Shown here: in pieces, positions 25,384 through 39,111 of the stretch
Numbering within the stretch: the first letter of the stretch is position 1
How the letters are laid out: every line of letters begins with the position of its first letter
NCBI GenBank assembly: GCA_051294375.1
Contig: CM119270.1
Span: forward strand, 15,293,918 to 15,357,917
From: Paraspadella gotoi
Taxonomy: Eukaryota > Animalia > Chaetognatha
DNA: 64,000 nt
Direction: 5' to 3'
Notes under the pieces: generated by a model
Told to the model about the DNA's origin: nothing
Databases searched by the model: none
Seen by the model: the letters and a program-made list of their open reading frames with translations, nothing else
Program-made: the position numbers and the translations under genes

Positions 25384-27224
25384 ATCTCTCTTTCTAAATC
25401 CTGTTACAAACTCAATAATAACCCGTTATTTTCGCGTGCTATTTACTACCTATTATTTTAAGTCCCCTATGAATGACTATTACCTCCCCTTAAGTCACAA
25501 AGAAAAAAACCCATTGTTCCTTTTTTTCCCTCTTCTCTCCTTTTCCAAAAAGCTTCCGCTGCTTCCGTCATTTTGCCCTCCATTAAGCGCCTTCCTCTCT
25601 TAATTGGTTCCTCCGCGACAAAACGGTTTTCCCCTCAAGCGCCGAGGGCACGGGCGAGAGATTTTCGGGTTCGGAGTTCTTATAGACCACTTTTTAGCGG
25701 GCGTCGGTCCTTTGAAAAATCTTAACGCCTTATAGAGATCGCGATGTTAAACAACATTTGTTTTAAATCTCTTTGACGAATTTACTAATGTCGCTTTTTT
25801 GCTTTTTATTTAATAACTGGAAAAGAATTTTCATTCGGTATTTGTATTACGACGTGAAAAATAATGAAAAGTAGAATTAAATTTTTTAAATTTATTTATG
25901 ATGAAATACCACTAGATTTCGACGGCTTACTTATAGGTTCAAACGGGGATAATAAATAAATTTCTTTTCAGGTAAAACTTTTCCCCTCTCAAATTTTTTT
26001 TCTTCCACGTTATTCCTTGAATTAAATTTGATTAAAAATTTCCACTTCGTTTGATTTCTTTTTCAGTCGTACCAAATACATACAAATACATACATATTTT
26101 AGAACTAACACAAAGAAGTTATTTTTGATTTTTTTGTTTTTCCCTTTGTTACCACTAATCATCATCCTCTTTATCATCATCATCGATCTCATCTTTTCCT
26201 TTCTTCCTTAAAACTTGATCCTCCTCCTTCATTTCTCCTTCCTCGTTCTTCTCCTCCGTTCTCCTCCTCGTTTCTCCTCCTCATTCCTCCTCCCCTTACA
26301 CCGGGGATAATTTTTCCCCTTTTGTGACGTAAACTGTAAAACGCAAACAAAAAGTTCGTTGGATATCAATATGTTTTCGAGATTTCACCCCGGTCTCTCT
26401 CTCCTCCCTCCCTCCCTTTCCTCCCTCTCTCTCTCTCCTCTCCTCTCTCTCTCTCTTCTCTCTCCTCTCTCTCTCTCTCTCACTCTCTCTCTCTCTCCAA
26501 TAACTTTCTATCGCTTCTTTCGCTCGGACGATATGAGGGCTTTGCGTTCGAAGCGAGAATCCTCCTCTCCTCTTCCTGCCTCCTTCCCTCCTCCTCTTCT
26601 TCTTTCGGAAAAAGAGAGACTCTTCGATTCCTCTCGACAGATTTCTCTCATTCCAAACTCAGGTCTCTTTCCCGTCATTTCGGCGCAAAAGGAAAAAAAA
26701 AAAAAAAACAGAACACAACTTGAGAAAAAAAATATACATCGACGAATAGTTTAATTAAAACAACCGCACGAAAATCTTTAGACCAAATTTTTTATTCTCT
26801 ATTATAATAGATTTAAAAAAAAAAATACGCTCAGCGAAATACTCCAAAGAAAGTTATAAATTAAAATCGCGATGCAAAAATCAAATAAACAATTTTTTTT
26901 TAAACCAAAATCTCTCTTCACATTTCTTTTAATGGCGCGTTATTTTTAACTCGGGCGTCCAATCGAACTTTAGATTTATTACTCTCCTTTTTTTAGGCGT
27001 CCCGCGCAATTTAAAAAAAAAATAATTATACAAAAAATAAAACCTTTCTCTTATTCCGCCTTTATTCCGCTACACTAAAAAAACCTTCAAAAAAAAATCA
27101 AGTCAACATCCTCTTGAGCTCAAGCGGCCTTTCTCCTACGCGTCCCGGGTTCCGATTCCCGCCGTCGCACTTTTTTTCTTCCGTTAAATTCCACGTGACA
27201 TTTCCCCCCCCTCTCAATTCGACG

Positions 27225-28154
27225 ATGGATCCCTCGGTCCCTGGATCGAATCCCGTCGACGAAGATTCTTCGCGCGGAGGGGCGCAGCCTCGAGCCACTG
27301 CAGGCTCTCGCCCACTTCCTTCCGACGCGAATCCCCTCGTCCCAGCGGTCTCTCCTCGGCTGCAGACACGTCCACCAGCCACTCAGGAACGCCTACGTCC
27401 GTCCGTCCGCAGTCCTCACCCTTCGCGCTCAAACGGATCGACCTCCCGTCGAGAACTTACCCTTGATTCCTCACCCACTTCAAACACTTCCTCCTCCTCC
27501 TCCTCCTCCTCCTGCGGTCAAAATGCCTCGCATCCAGTGTCAAACCGCAACGCTGGCCTCCTCCGCATCGAATCCTTTGATCGCCGAGGAAGCGTCGCTC
27601 CCGTTCGGCCGACGACCGACTCGGACAGACTCTCCTTCCGTCGCTCCGGTGCCAACGACGTCACCGCTGACCGAAGATTGGCGGAGGCCGCTCCTTTGCC
27701 GAACGATTCCAACGCCGCTCCTTTCCAGCACGATTCCTCATTCGATTTTCCGACGACCAATTCCGATCCAGTTGCTCAGACGAACGTCTCGTTCGTCTCT
27801 TCCACGGACGATTCCTTCCCGCAAGAGACGACCAGTTTCGGTTCGAGAGACTCGACGGCGTCCGCGGCGTCACTTTCGCCTCCGTCGCCGCAAACTGACT
27901 CCGCGTCTTCTCTCGCCACCCCTCACCCGTCTGCCAGCCCTTCCCCTCGCTCCACCCCAACTCTCTCCGTCACCCCTTACCCCCTCGTCACCCTTCCCTA
28001 CCGCTTTACCTTTCCTTCTCTCCTTCGATCTTCCTTCTTCTACTTCCAGTTGCCTTCTGCTTTCGTCGGTGGCGCTCGAGACGGTGGCGCCATCGCAGAC
28101 GCCATCGCCGAAATTGACGCTGATGCAAACGCCAACGCCTTCTTTGAGTTGTCG
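27225..28154 (+). CDS. Ser/Pro/Thr-rich, probably disordered protein, first coding exon(s); function unknown
   Basis: Long non-repetitive GC-rich ORF (within 27114-28163) in AT-rich flanks. ATG at 27225 in GACGATGG context; donor GTGAGT at 28155. A pyrimidine tract ending ttccag at 28049 suggests a short internal intron. Confidence 0.6.
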
Positions 28155-28749
28155 AGTGAGTAACAATTTATGTATTTAAAACAGTATTTCGCCTACATCA
28201 AAATGTTTTCTTAAATATTCAAACCTATAATATTATTTTATGTTGTTCGTATCAAAAATTAAATGAAAGAATGCAAACACAAAAGCCACGAGACATCTTG
28301 GTTAAATCCATATCGAGTCATTTAGGTTCGAAATTTGGTTTAGAACTTTTGTGCGAAACGTTCAAACTTCTGTTATTGATATTCTTCGTCCGATTCTCCC
28401 CCTNNNNNNNNNNNNNNNNNNNNNNNNNNNNNNNNNNNNNNNNNNNNNNNNNNNNNNNNNNNNNNNNNNNNNNNNNNNNNNNNNNNNNNNNNNNNNNNNN
28501 NNNNNNNNNNNNNNNNNNNNNNNNNNNNNNNNNNNNNNNNNNNNNNNNNNNNNNNNNNNNNNNNNNNNNNNNNNNNNNNNNNNNNNNNNNNNNNNNNNNN
28601 NNNNNNNNNNNNNNNNNNNNNNNNNNNNNNNNNNNNNNNNNNNNNNNNNNNNNNNNNNNNNNNNNNNNNNNNNNNNNNNNNNNNNNNNNNNNNNNNNNNN
28701 NNNNNNNNNNNNNNNNNNNNNNNNNNNNNNNNNNNNNNNNNNNNNNNNN

Positions 28750-28783
<34 letters not shown>

Positions 28784-29087
28784 CATAAAGAGAGGATTAG
28801 CTTTTTATGCGTTTCTATGTATTTTTTTCCCTTTCAGGATTTCTCATTCCTATTAGACTTTTCCTTTTCTTTCATACTTTCCAACTTGACTTGTATACTA
28901 ACCACTCGTCATATGTTTTTCTTTTATTTTCTTTAAACTTTAAAAATAAAAGTTGAATCATTTGTTCTCCCTTTCGGTACCACGCGTTCGCCTTCGAATA
29001 TCATTTTCCACTTTGCACTTTTATCATTTGTTTAATGTTTATTCAATCCTTTGCGGTTTTTTTCTTCTTTTTTTTGCTATCTTCTTC

Positions 29088-29089
<2 letters not shown>

Positions 29090-29183
<94 letters not shown>

Positions 29184-29185
29184 TT
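29090..29185. repeat. (CTTT)n microsatellite
   Basis: Directly visible. Confidence 0.95.
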
Positions 29186-31422
29186 TTTCTTTTTTTATTC
29201 TTTTCTTTTTTATTTATTTTTTTCTCCTTTCCATCCCCGTATCAAGTTTTGGCTCGAATCCAAATCTTGCCCCTGGTTCTTCCAGTTTACTTTCTTTTTA
29301 ATCTAATTTCTTTTTTCATTTTAATTTCCCCCAAAAAAAAGGAAAAAAAGAGATTTTGCATTCGAATTTGGATCCTGACTAATAATAGACTCAGTAACAA
29401 AGAGGGAAGGTGTTGTTTGTTCGTCGAGGGGAGAGATACGATCGGAGGAAAAGCGAGAGAAAACAGCTGTGAGAAGAGAGAGGAGACGAGAGTGCAGAGA
29501 AGAAGAGAGGAGACGATGAGAGAGAAGACGATCGAGAGAGAGAGAGAGAGTAGAGAGCAAGAACGAGAGGAGAGGGGATCTTTTTCAAAGCGCCAAATCT
29601 GCTCTGTATTTGGGTATTTCGACCAAAACAACAAGGTTGGACTTTGTAACTGCTTATTTGGTTCCCTTGTTTGATGATCTTATCGATTTACTCTTAGGGT
29701 TGACACCTTTTGTTGGTTCTTTATATCAATGTTTTCTTTTGTCTTTTTATTTTTGTCTATCAAAATTTTAATAATTTTTCTTTCGTTTTCTGACTTTTGA
29801 AAGTTATAATTACAACATTATCCTATCTTATTTTCTAGACGATATATTTTTTTTAAAATATAAGTTCCAAGTGAATAGATTTTAAATCAAGGGGAAATAA
29901 AATTTTAAAATCAATGAGGTTTATTTGTCTTTATCATTTCCCTTCATCCTCGACCTAAACTCTTTAATGGATCTCTCTCTCTCTTTTTTTCTTCTCATTG
30001 TTTTTTATTTATTCTTTTTCCCCTCGGAGATAATTTTGATTCGAGTCCGGACTCGTCCGACCGTCTGGGGATTTTCCTCTCTNNNNNNNNNNNNNNNNNN
30101 NNNNNNNNNNNNNNNNNNNNNNNNNNNNNNNNNNNNNNNNNNNNNNNNNNNNNNNNNNNNNNNNNNNNNNNNNNNNNNNNNNNNNNNNNNNNNNNNNNNN
30201 NNNNNNNNNNNNNNNNNNNNNNNNNNNNNNNNNNNNNNNNNNNNNNNNNNNNNNNNNNNNNNNNNNNNNNNNNNNNNNNNNNNNNNNNNNNNNNNNNNNN
30301 NNNNNNNNNNNNNNNNNNNNNNNNNNNNNNNNNNNNNNNNNNNNNNNNNNNNGCCCTCGATCCTTTTAATCTTATTACGCAAAAAAATAATCAGGCGGGA
30401 TCTTTTCCCTCTGTCTCTGTCTCATTCTTCGTTTCTCTTTATCTCTTATTCTTTTATTCTCTCCCTATCTCTATCATTCCCCCCCTTTCTCCCATTCACT
30501 TCTCACACATTCCCATATTTTCTTCTAAACATTTGCGTTGACTCGTGTTGAGTTAGTACCGCTTTCCCTCTAGTAATAAATTAGGCCGATAATTAACCCT
30601 GTCAGCTGCTCTTAGTGCGAGCGAACGCGAGAACGAGCGTGAGAGAGANNNNNNNNNNNNNNNNNNNNNNNNNNNNNNNNNNNNNNNNNNNNNNNNNNNN
30701 NNNNNNNNNNNNNNNNNNNNNNNNNNNNNNNNNNNNNNNNNNNNNNNNNNNNNNNNNNNNNNNNNNNNNNNNNNNNNNNNNNNNNNNNNNNNNNNNNNNN
30801 NNNNNNNNNNNNNNNNNNNNNNNNNNNNNNNNNNNNNNNNNNNNNGGAAAATAAACAAAAACGGACAAATTCCTTTCCTTAATAAATGTCGGCGCGAAGT
30901 CGAACTCCGAGCAAACAAGAAGAAGCAAGAAGAAACAAGAAAACGAGACACAAAACGAGAAAAGAAAACGAGAAAGAAACAAATGACGAGACACAATCAC
31001 TCAAACTGCCAAAGACTACTCGAGTCCCGCCCTTGCTACGCCCTCAGACTTTGTTAAATCCACATCGAAATTCTGATTTTTTCCTCTTTATTTCGAAAAA
31101 TCTTGTAATAGTAAAGGCCTCGTTAAATCCGAATTTTTTCCCCTTAAACCCGATTTATATTATTATGATCCAATCATTGAATCGCGACATGCGACCGCGA
31201 ATTCCAACACGCGAACTTCGATGGTAAAAATCGGTCAAAAAATTTAAGCCTCGCACGCGCGCCCAAATTTCCTTTGAATTTCGAAATTTAGAAAAAAGAT
31301 AAGAAATTTTATATACGAGAAATTCGTCTCGCTCTCTCGATTGTCTTCTGACTCAGAATTTCGATTTCGAAATCCGCGCGCGTTTTTTAAAGTTTGGGGA
31401 TTCCCCTTTTCGATCGGAGACA

Positions 31423-31423
<1 letters not shown>

Positions 31424-31472
<49 letters not shown>
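31424..31472. repeat. (GAC)n microsatellite
   Basis: Directly visible. Confidence 0.95.
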
Positions 31473-32144
31473 TTGTCGACCATGATGACGATGTCAGTTT
31501 ACTCTTGGCGATTTTAAGGCAAGTTCGGACTCGTGATGTACAGTCATCATTGTGTCTTCGTCATTATTGTTCGCTCAGGGTATTCCGAGTTTTTCATAAA
31601 TGATGAAAAGTTGAAAACCACGATGAAATTCATTAACAAAAAAATCTCATCACTGAGAAATTGACTGTTTTTTTTTCCGGTGTGTTTAAAAGGAGAAGAA
31701 AACTTTGAATCCCAAACAGAAAACCGCGTAACTCGAGACGAAACTGGAGAAGAAAAAAAAAAAAAAAAACTCGTAAAGATTTCATACCGAAGAAAAAAGT
31801 TCGATCTTAAAACTTGAAGAAAAAAAAATAATTAAAGCGCCAACGAATGAAAAACAAAGCGACCCACCGAATCCGGGGGAACTCGTCGACGTAAACAAAC
31901 AATAGAGGTAATAATATCTCCGTAAACAGACAATGGAAGTAAACAAACAATGGCGGGGGTAATAATAAAATCGTAAAGTTTATGGGGGGAGGGAGAGAGA
32001 GAGAGAGAGAGAAAAAGGTTCTCTTCCTCTTTTTTCTCCCCGTGACCTCAAGTCGCTTCTTCGCGGGTCAAACTTCCCATATTTAACTCCCCCGTTTTGA
32101 CAAGATCAAAGAGACACGGATGACTTTTTGTTTTTCTTTCCTTT

Positions 32145-32181
<37 letters not shown>

Positions 32182-34600
32182 CTTTCTCGTGCTCCTCTCG
32201 TCTTCTCGATCTTCGGTTCTCTCTCTCTGCCACCCCATCGTCTCTTCTCTGGTGCTCTCGTTATCGAGAGGATTAGAAAATTTTGTTTTCGACTTCTTTC
32301 TTTTCAGTTTTTCGTTGTTGTTGTTCCTTATTTTTTGTTTTTTTCATCTCTCAGCTCATTGTGTCTGTTTCATCTATAGGGGAAAAGATTTTCTCTTTCC
32401 TCTTCTCCGTCCTTCGTTTACTATTTCTATCCCGTTGCTCCTTTTCTTCTCGGGGCATAAGTCGCTTTTGATGGTGAACATTAAGTTACCAAAGGCGCTG
32501 GAAAGGAGGTTTTGCATGACAACGGTATCTTCTTCTGCTGCTCTCTCGTCACTCTCGATTCGATCTCAGTCTCCTCTCTCGTCGTCGTTGCTCGTCTCTG
32601 CCTCGATCTCATCGTTTCTCTTCCTCAGTTCTTTCATCTCGTCTCTGTCTCATCTCTCGTCTCGTTTTATTTTTCACACGATTATTGCTTTTTCTTCAAT
32701 TCGGGCTTTGGTTCACACTGCACACCGCGTCCGCCTCATTTTCTTGCCCGTTGCGTGTGGGGATGGGTTCAGTTCGGTCGATTCCGTGCGACGTGATTTT
32801 GTTATTACACGGTCCGTTTTTTTAACCCTTTTGTGTCGGTTAATCGGAAAAATTTGTTGATCGGTCGAGTGACTTATGACCCTTAAGCGGTCGGGACGCG
32901 TCGGATGCGTCGACGACGGTGAATGCTCTGGATATATATGCGGGCCTGCGACGATGTGAGTCCCGTGAATCCTTGAGCTCGGGGAGGCGAGGGGGGGGGG
33001 ATTGTGAGGCTGTGAGTCTCTCTGTAAAAAGGTGATCGTAAAGTTGCGAGGATGACGAGTCCAATTTTTCATCTTTCACGAGACAATTTATTTTCCCCTT
33101 TCGCTCGTCATTACGGTTTTTATTAAACGGAAGGCGAAAGAAAAAAAAAAAAGGGACAATAAAAGAAAAAAAAAAAAGGAATCATTAAAACAAGGAGGGA
33201 AAAAAACAACAGAAAGGAACACAGGACTCGCTTTTTGTTTGGCTTTTTTTTTAATACTATTTTATCTNNNNNNNNNNNNNNNNNNNNNNNNNNNNNNNNN
33301 NNNNNNNNNNNNNNNNNNNNNNNNNNNNNNNNNNNNNNNNNNNNNNNNNNNNNNNNNNNNNNNNNNNNNNNNNNNNNNNNNNNNNNNNNNNNNNNNNNNN
33401 NNNNNNNNNNNNNNNNNNNNNNNNNNNNNNNNNNNNNNNNNNNNNNNNNNNNNNNNNNNNNNNNNNNNNNNNNNNNNNNNNNNNNNNNNNNNNNCTCTCT
33501 CTCTCTCTCTCTCTCTCTCTCTTGCAAAAAAGTGTTCTCATTGGTGACTCATGATCTCCAAAAAAAACTTAGAAAGGTTTTTGTGAATGAGCGATCGCTC
33601 ACGTCAAAATTGTCCCGAGGGATAAATCCTGATTTTGTTGTGGTTTTTTTTTTCACTCTTCGAGGATCGAGTGACTTTATTCTTTGTGAGAGTGAAGACG
33701 AACTGAGATTGCTCAAATCCGTTTTAGTTTTATGTAAAAAAAAAAAGTCAATTATTTATTTTGAAACGAAAAACGCGTTTTTTCCTCTTCGTTTAAAAAA
33801 TCGCGGGTCAAAGCAAAGGAAAGGAAAAGTACTTAAGACCTAAAAAGAGCCGTCGGTCTCACCCGACGCCGCCGGCCGACGTCGACCGACGCTGGCCGAC
33901 GCCGATGGCCCCCTGATTTATAACAGATCAAAAGGGGCCAAATGAACAATAAAGAAACACTCGACCCACGCTCAATTTCGGAAACATTTTTTNNNNNNNN
34001 NNNNNNNNNNNNNNNNNNNNNNNNNNNNNNNNNNNNNNNNNNNNNNNNNNNNNNNNNNNNNNNNNNNNNNNNNNNNNNNNNNNNNNNNNNNNNNNNNNNN
34101 NNNNNNNNNNNNNNNNNNNNNNNNNNNNNNNNNNNNNNNNNNNNNNNNNNNNNNNNAGAGAGAGAGAGAGAGAGAGGCGGCACACTTTGATGTATTGCTG
34201 GTGAGAGACTCGTGTTTCGGTGATGGTCGTCAAAGGAGGAGCCACGCTTGGGTGTTTTTTGAGTAAAGTTGTAATAATAACAACAATAACAATGACGACA
34301 ATGTCAATAACAGTCGTGACAGGTTGCTGTCTTTGTTAAAATTCGTAAGAAAACCGATTGCAAAGTCATGATTGTTTTTTTCTCAAACCAATAAAATGCG
34401 GTCAATCACAACTGTTCAGTATTTGCCACTCCTATACTTCCCAGCTGTTTTTCCTGTCTTCTCTCGCGAACGAAAAATCTTAAGAAAATCCATTTGATAA
34501 ATAAACTTTGCCTTTTCTTTTTGTCTCCACTTCGATCTGAGAGTTTCATGTTTTTTTCCAAAAAAAGGAAAAAGAAATAAAGAAAACTTTTCAATAAAAA

Positions 34601-34646
<46 letters not shown>

Positions 34647-35137
34647 ATCTTTATTCAAAAGTTTTCCTTCCATGGTTACTGAGAGCCCGAGCGAAGAGGG
34701 GGCGTGTTTAAACGGTGACAAAAAAAAATTAGTGGGTTGTTTATTTTTCGTGGTGGAAAAAAAAAAGGCGGGAACCNNNNNNNNNNNNNNNNNNNNNNNN
34801 NNNNNNNNNNNNNNNNNNNNNNNNNNNNNNNNNNNNNNNNNNNNNNNNNNNNNNNNNNNNNNNNNNNNNNNNNNNNNNNNNNNNNNNNNNNNNNNNNNNN
34901 NNNNNNNNNNNNNNNNNNNNNNNNNNNNNNNNNNNNNNNNNNNNNNNNNNNNNNNNNNNNNNNNNNNNNNNNNNNNNNNNNNNNNNNNNNNNNNNNNNNN
35001 NNNNNNNNNNNNNNNNNNNNNNNNNNNNNNNNNNNNNTCTAGTGGGGGAGGAGGAGGCGGGACCCGTCGCGCGGCAGAGTCAAGATGCAAATTTGAATAA
35101 GGAAAATCCGAAGGGGAATAAAAATCAAACAGAAGAA

Positions 35138-35203
<66 letters not shown>

Positions 35204-35778
35204 TGAGAGAGTGAGAGAAAGAGAGAGACAGAGACTCCTTAGAAAGAAAGGAAAAAAAATAGAAGAACGAAGGGATGATCCAATATGAATATGCGATTGA
35301 ATTCAGAATCAGGAACCGCGCCAAGGGGAGAACAGAGAAAATGGAAATATTAAAAAAAAAACTATATATTTTTTTTCTCTTTTATGATTATTCTCATAAT
35401 CCTCTTTGCATCGATAAAATATTGAAAGCAATTAATTGTAAAAAAAAAAGTCGAACAAAGAAGAATAAAGAATATCGTTTTCCTAATTATTCTTTGGTAA
35501 TCCGTTTCGATCCCTTGCTTCAACTTTTTTTTATAGTTTCGCCGCGAAGAGTAAAAAAAAAGAAAAAAATTTTATAACTTTCAAGATTTTTATCTTCCTC
35601 TCTTGTTTAGCTTTTCTCCTTTCTTCTCTTTGCTTTCTCGCTCTCTGTCGCTCTCTCTCCCTCTCTCTTCGTTTTAATCTTCCCCTAAGAGTTGATCATA
35701 AATCCAAATTCCCCCTCCCCTTAATTGAGTTTGTCCCACATAAGCATTTCCACGAGTTTTTTAGCCTCGCTTCGGTGC

Positions 35779-35895
<117 letters not shown>

Positions 35896-36794
35896 GAGGG
35901 AGGGAAAAATTAGCGGCGGGAAAAAAAATTGAAGGGGGGATCGGCGTCTCGAGATGGAGAGAGAGAGAGAGGGAGCTGGTAAAAGGTGGCTCTTTTTTAA
36001 GGGGAGGGTCGGGTTGAGTCTTCTTCCGAGTTTCGGTCGCGAATCCGCGGCGTCGCCCATCAAAAATTACGAGAAAAGAGAGAAATGGGGTTAATAAAAA
36101 TATCTAAATGAAGATCTCTTCTCCCTTAAAACGCCGCTGGTGTTTTTGCGCTGAAACAATTAAATCTCCTTCTTCCATGGCGACGAAAAAATTGCGTCGA
36201 AAAAGAAGGGAAAAAAAAGGAAAAAATAAGGAGACAGAAAAAAGATTAGAGAGAAAGAAAGGGAAGAGCGAGATTTTTATCGGTGAAAAAATCGAATCAC
36301 CCTCGAGAGTTTAGTGAACTGATGTCACCCGAACCCGTGGGTTTGTCACGGCGACCGCATCCGTCGCGCCAATCTTGTCTGTCACTCAAGTCTGTCACGG
36401 CTAAAGAATCTGCCACGTTTTTAAAATCTACCGATTTTATCGCTAAACTTCACTGACTCTACCCATCAAAAAAAAAAAGCGGAGAAAAAACGAACCACTT
36501 TTAGTTAAAACAAAATTTTAGATTTTTGCTTAGATTTTGAAAATTTTTTAAACGAATTTTCTTTTCTGTTTTCGATTATTTAAGAAAAAAAATTTAATTT
36601 ACGAAAACATTTTTTGACAGACAAAGCGACGCCATTTGTTTATTTGACGGCGCGTGTCAGAAATAAAAAGTCAAAAAAACAAAACTGAATAATATTAATA
36701 AAAAAAGTTGCGGTCAGAAATGAGAGAGAAATGATTTTTCCCCCTCTAACTAATTCCCGCAGCTTTACGAGTCGCGGTTGGACGGCTGTCTACC

Positions 36795-37400
36795 TTGTCC
36801 TCTCCTCTTCTCCTCCTTCTCTTCCTCCTCTCCTCTTACCCTCCCTCATCCTCGATCTCTTCTCCCTTCTCTCTCCTTCTTCCTCCTCTCCTCTTCTCCA
36901 CCCTCTTTCCTCGTTCTCCTCCTTCTCTTCCTCCTTTTCTCTTCTCCTCCCTCTTTCCTCGTTCTCTTCCTCCTTCTCCCTTCTTCTTCGTCTCCTCCTT
37001 CCTCTTTCTCCTAACCCTCTTTCCTCGTTTTCCTCGTTCTCTTCTTCCTTTTCATCTTCTCCTCCCTCTTTCTCGTTCTCTTCCTCCTTCTCCCTTCTTC
37101 TTCCTTCCTCTCTCTTCCCCTCCGCTCTTTCCTCGGTTCTTCTCTTCTCTCTCCTATTTCCGTCTCTCTCTTCTGTCTCCGCTTTCTCGTTCTCTTCCTC
37201 CTTCTCTTCTTCCTTCTTCCTCCTCTCCTTCTTCTTCCTCCCGCTTCCTGTTCTCCTTCTCTCTCCTTCTTCCTCCTCTCCTCTTCTTCTCCGCTTTCCT
37301 CGTTCTCTTCCTCCTTCTCCCTTCCTTCTTCCTTCCTCTCCTCTTCCCCTCCCTCTTTCCTCGTTCTCCTCCTTCTCTCTTCTTCTTCCTCCTCTCCTCC
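36795..37400. repeat. Polypyrimidine degenerate minisatellite (ctttcctcgttctcttcctccttctc)
   Basis: About 600 bp almost entirely C/T with a recurring core. Confidence 0.8.
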
Positions 37401-38264
37401 AAAATCCTCACCCGAAAGTGACGAGAAAAAAGCTTTTTGACGCCTGAGCCCATGGGAGAGAGGAGAGGGGAAAGAAGGAGAAGGGGTAGGAAAGGGTGAA
37501 TGAAGGGAGATAGTAGGCAAAAGATGGGGGGAAAGGGGAAAAGGAGCGGAGGCAGAGAAATAGGGGGAAAGAAGGAAGAAAGAGAAAGAGAGAAAGAAAG
37601 GGAGTCGGGGGAAAAAAAAGGAGAGCGCTGAGAAACAAGATACTGAAGGATACCGACTTTGAAACCTCAAAGATTATTAGAAAAAATAATAAACAAACTT
37701 AAAAGACGATAACATTTTTAAAACAATTTTAGAAAATTATTTACAAGCCAAATTTAAAAAAAAAAGGGAAAAAAAGTAAATTTCAAATAGAAGATAAAGA
37801 AAGTTTTCTTTCTTTCTCCCTTTTTCAATAACGGGAAAAGTTTTTATTTTAATTTTATTATTTTGCATTTTTTTTAGTTTTCCCGAAGCGACGAATCGGA
37901 AAATTTGTCCTTCTCCCTTTTTTTTTTCCGCGAACCGCGAAAATATGGAAATCGAAAGGGGGGGAGTAATGGGGGTGGAGGAGACAGTGGGAACGGTCTA
38001 GGGTGGGTGATGGGCGGGTAAGGTAGGGTGAGGCGTCGAGGCAGACGGGTTTATGGACAATAGAGTTGAGGCATATTGATGGATGGAGGCGGACTCTCCG
38101 CCGGGGAATGAGAATATGTCTCAGCTGGGAATTCCATCGACGATTAAAATTCACCTCCGATGGAATAATATTATATTCCTTGGATTTTTTTTCTCTCACT
38201 CTTTCCATTTCAATAAATATTGGATATTCTCCTCTCTCTCTCATCATCTCTCTCTCTCTCTCTC

Positions 38265-38327
<63 letters not shown>

Positions 38328-38638
38328 GCTCTCTTTCCACCTCTGCAAAATTAACGGATCAAGTTTCCATTGTATTTATGATGCAAGTAGAACAATGTTT
38401 GATAACATCTACATAAGTCATTTAAGCCACTGGGAGTCAAATTTCAGTTTTAATCATTCGACTTGCATTGTTTCCGATGTTCGATATCAATTCATCAGCC
38501 ACCGAATATCATTTTTGTTTACATCTTTTGTTTACATCGATGAACAGACCATCTGCGTATGCTCTATTGATGTTTTAATGACACAATTAACCTCAATAAA
38601 CATTTACCCTCTTTTTTTTTTCATCCACAGACACGGAG

Positions 38639-38964
38639 ATGACATTTTCCTCTTTGCTCACGGCAGCTTTCTTGCCGTCGCCGCTGCCGTCGCCGCTGCC
38701 GACACCGCCCGGCTCTCCGGCTCGATCTGACTTTGTCGTCGACATGCCGATGCCGGCCGATGCCATGCCGACGCCGCCAAGGACGCCGCCGATTCTCGTG
38801 GCGCCGCCACTGCGATTGTGGCGTCACCCGGCGCCGCCGACGCCGCCAGAAAGTCGCCGGCAGCGCCGGTGCTCGATAGAATCGGCGCCGAGTTCGGGAG
38901 AGGCGTCGCCGAGACTCTTTCCGTCCGGTCCGCTGCCGGATCTCATTCCGCTCAACGATCTGAG
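38639..38964 (+). CDS. First visible coding exon of a candidate BH3-only protein (Pro/Ser-rich N-terminal part)
   Basis: ATG at 38639, 8 nt after an acceptor-like ttttttttcatccacag (ends 38630). GC-rich open frame MTFSSLLTAAFLPSPLPSPLPTPPGSP...PDLIPLNDL. Donor AG|GTGAGG at 38965 (phase 2) removes the stop at 38966. Confidence 0.8.
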
Positions 38965-39111
38965 GTGAGGAAAACGGGTGCGCGTGGGTGAGGTCATTTG
39001 AAAATTAGGTTTTTCGTTTTGTTAATTTACCATTTTGATGTCAAGCTGAAGATATTGCAAGTAATTACATCATGGCATAACTCATGACATAACTTTTGCT
39101 CCCAATTACAG

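Noticed and set aside
28271-35324. ORFs spanning N runs
   Set aside because: Open only because gaps contain no stop codons.
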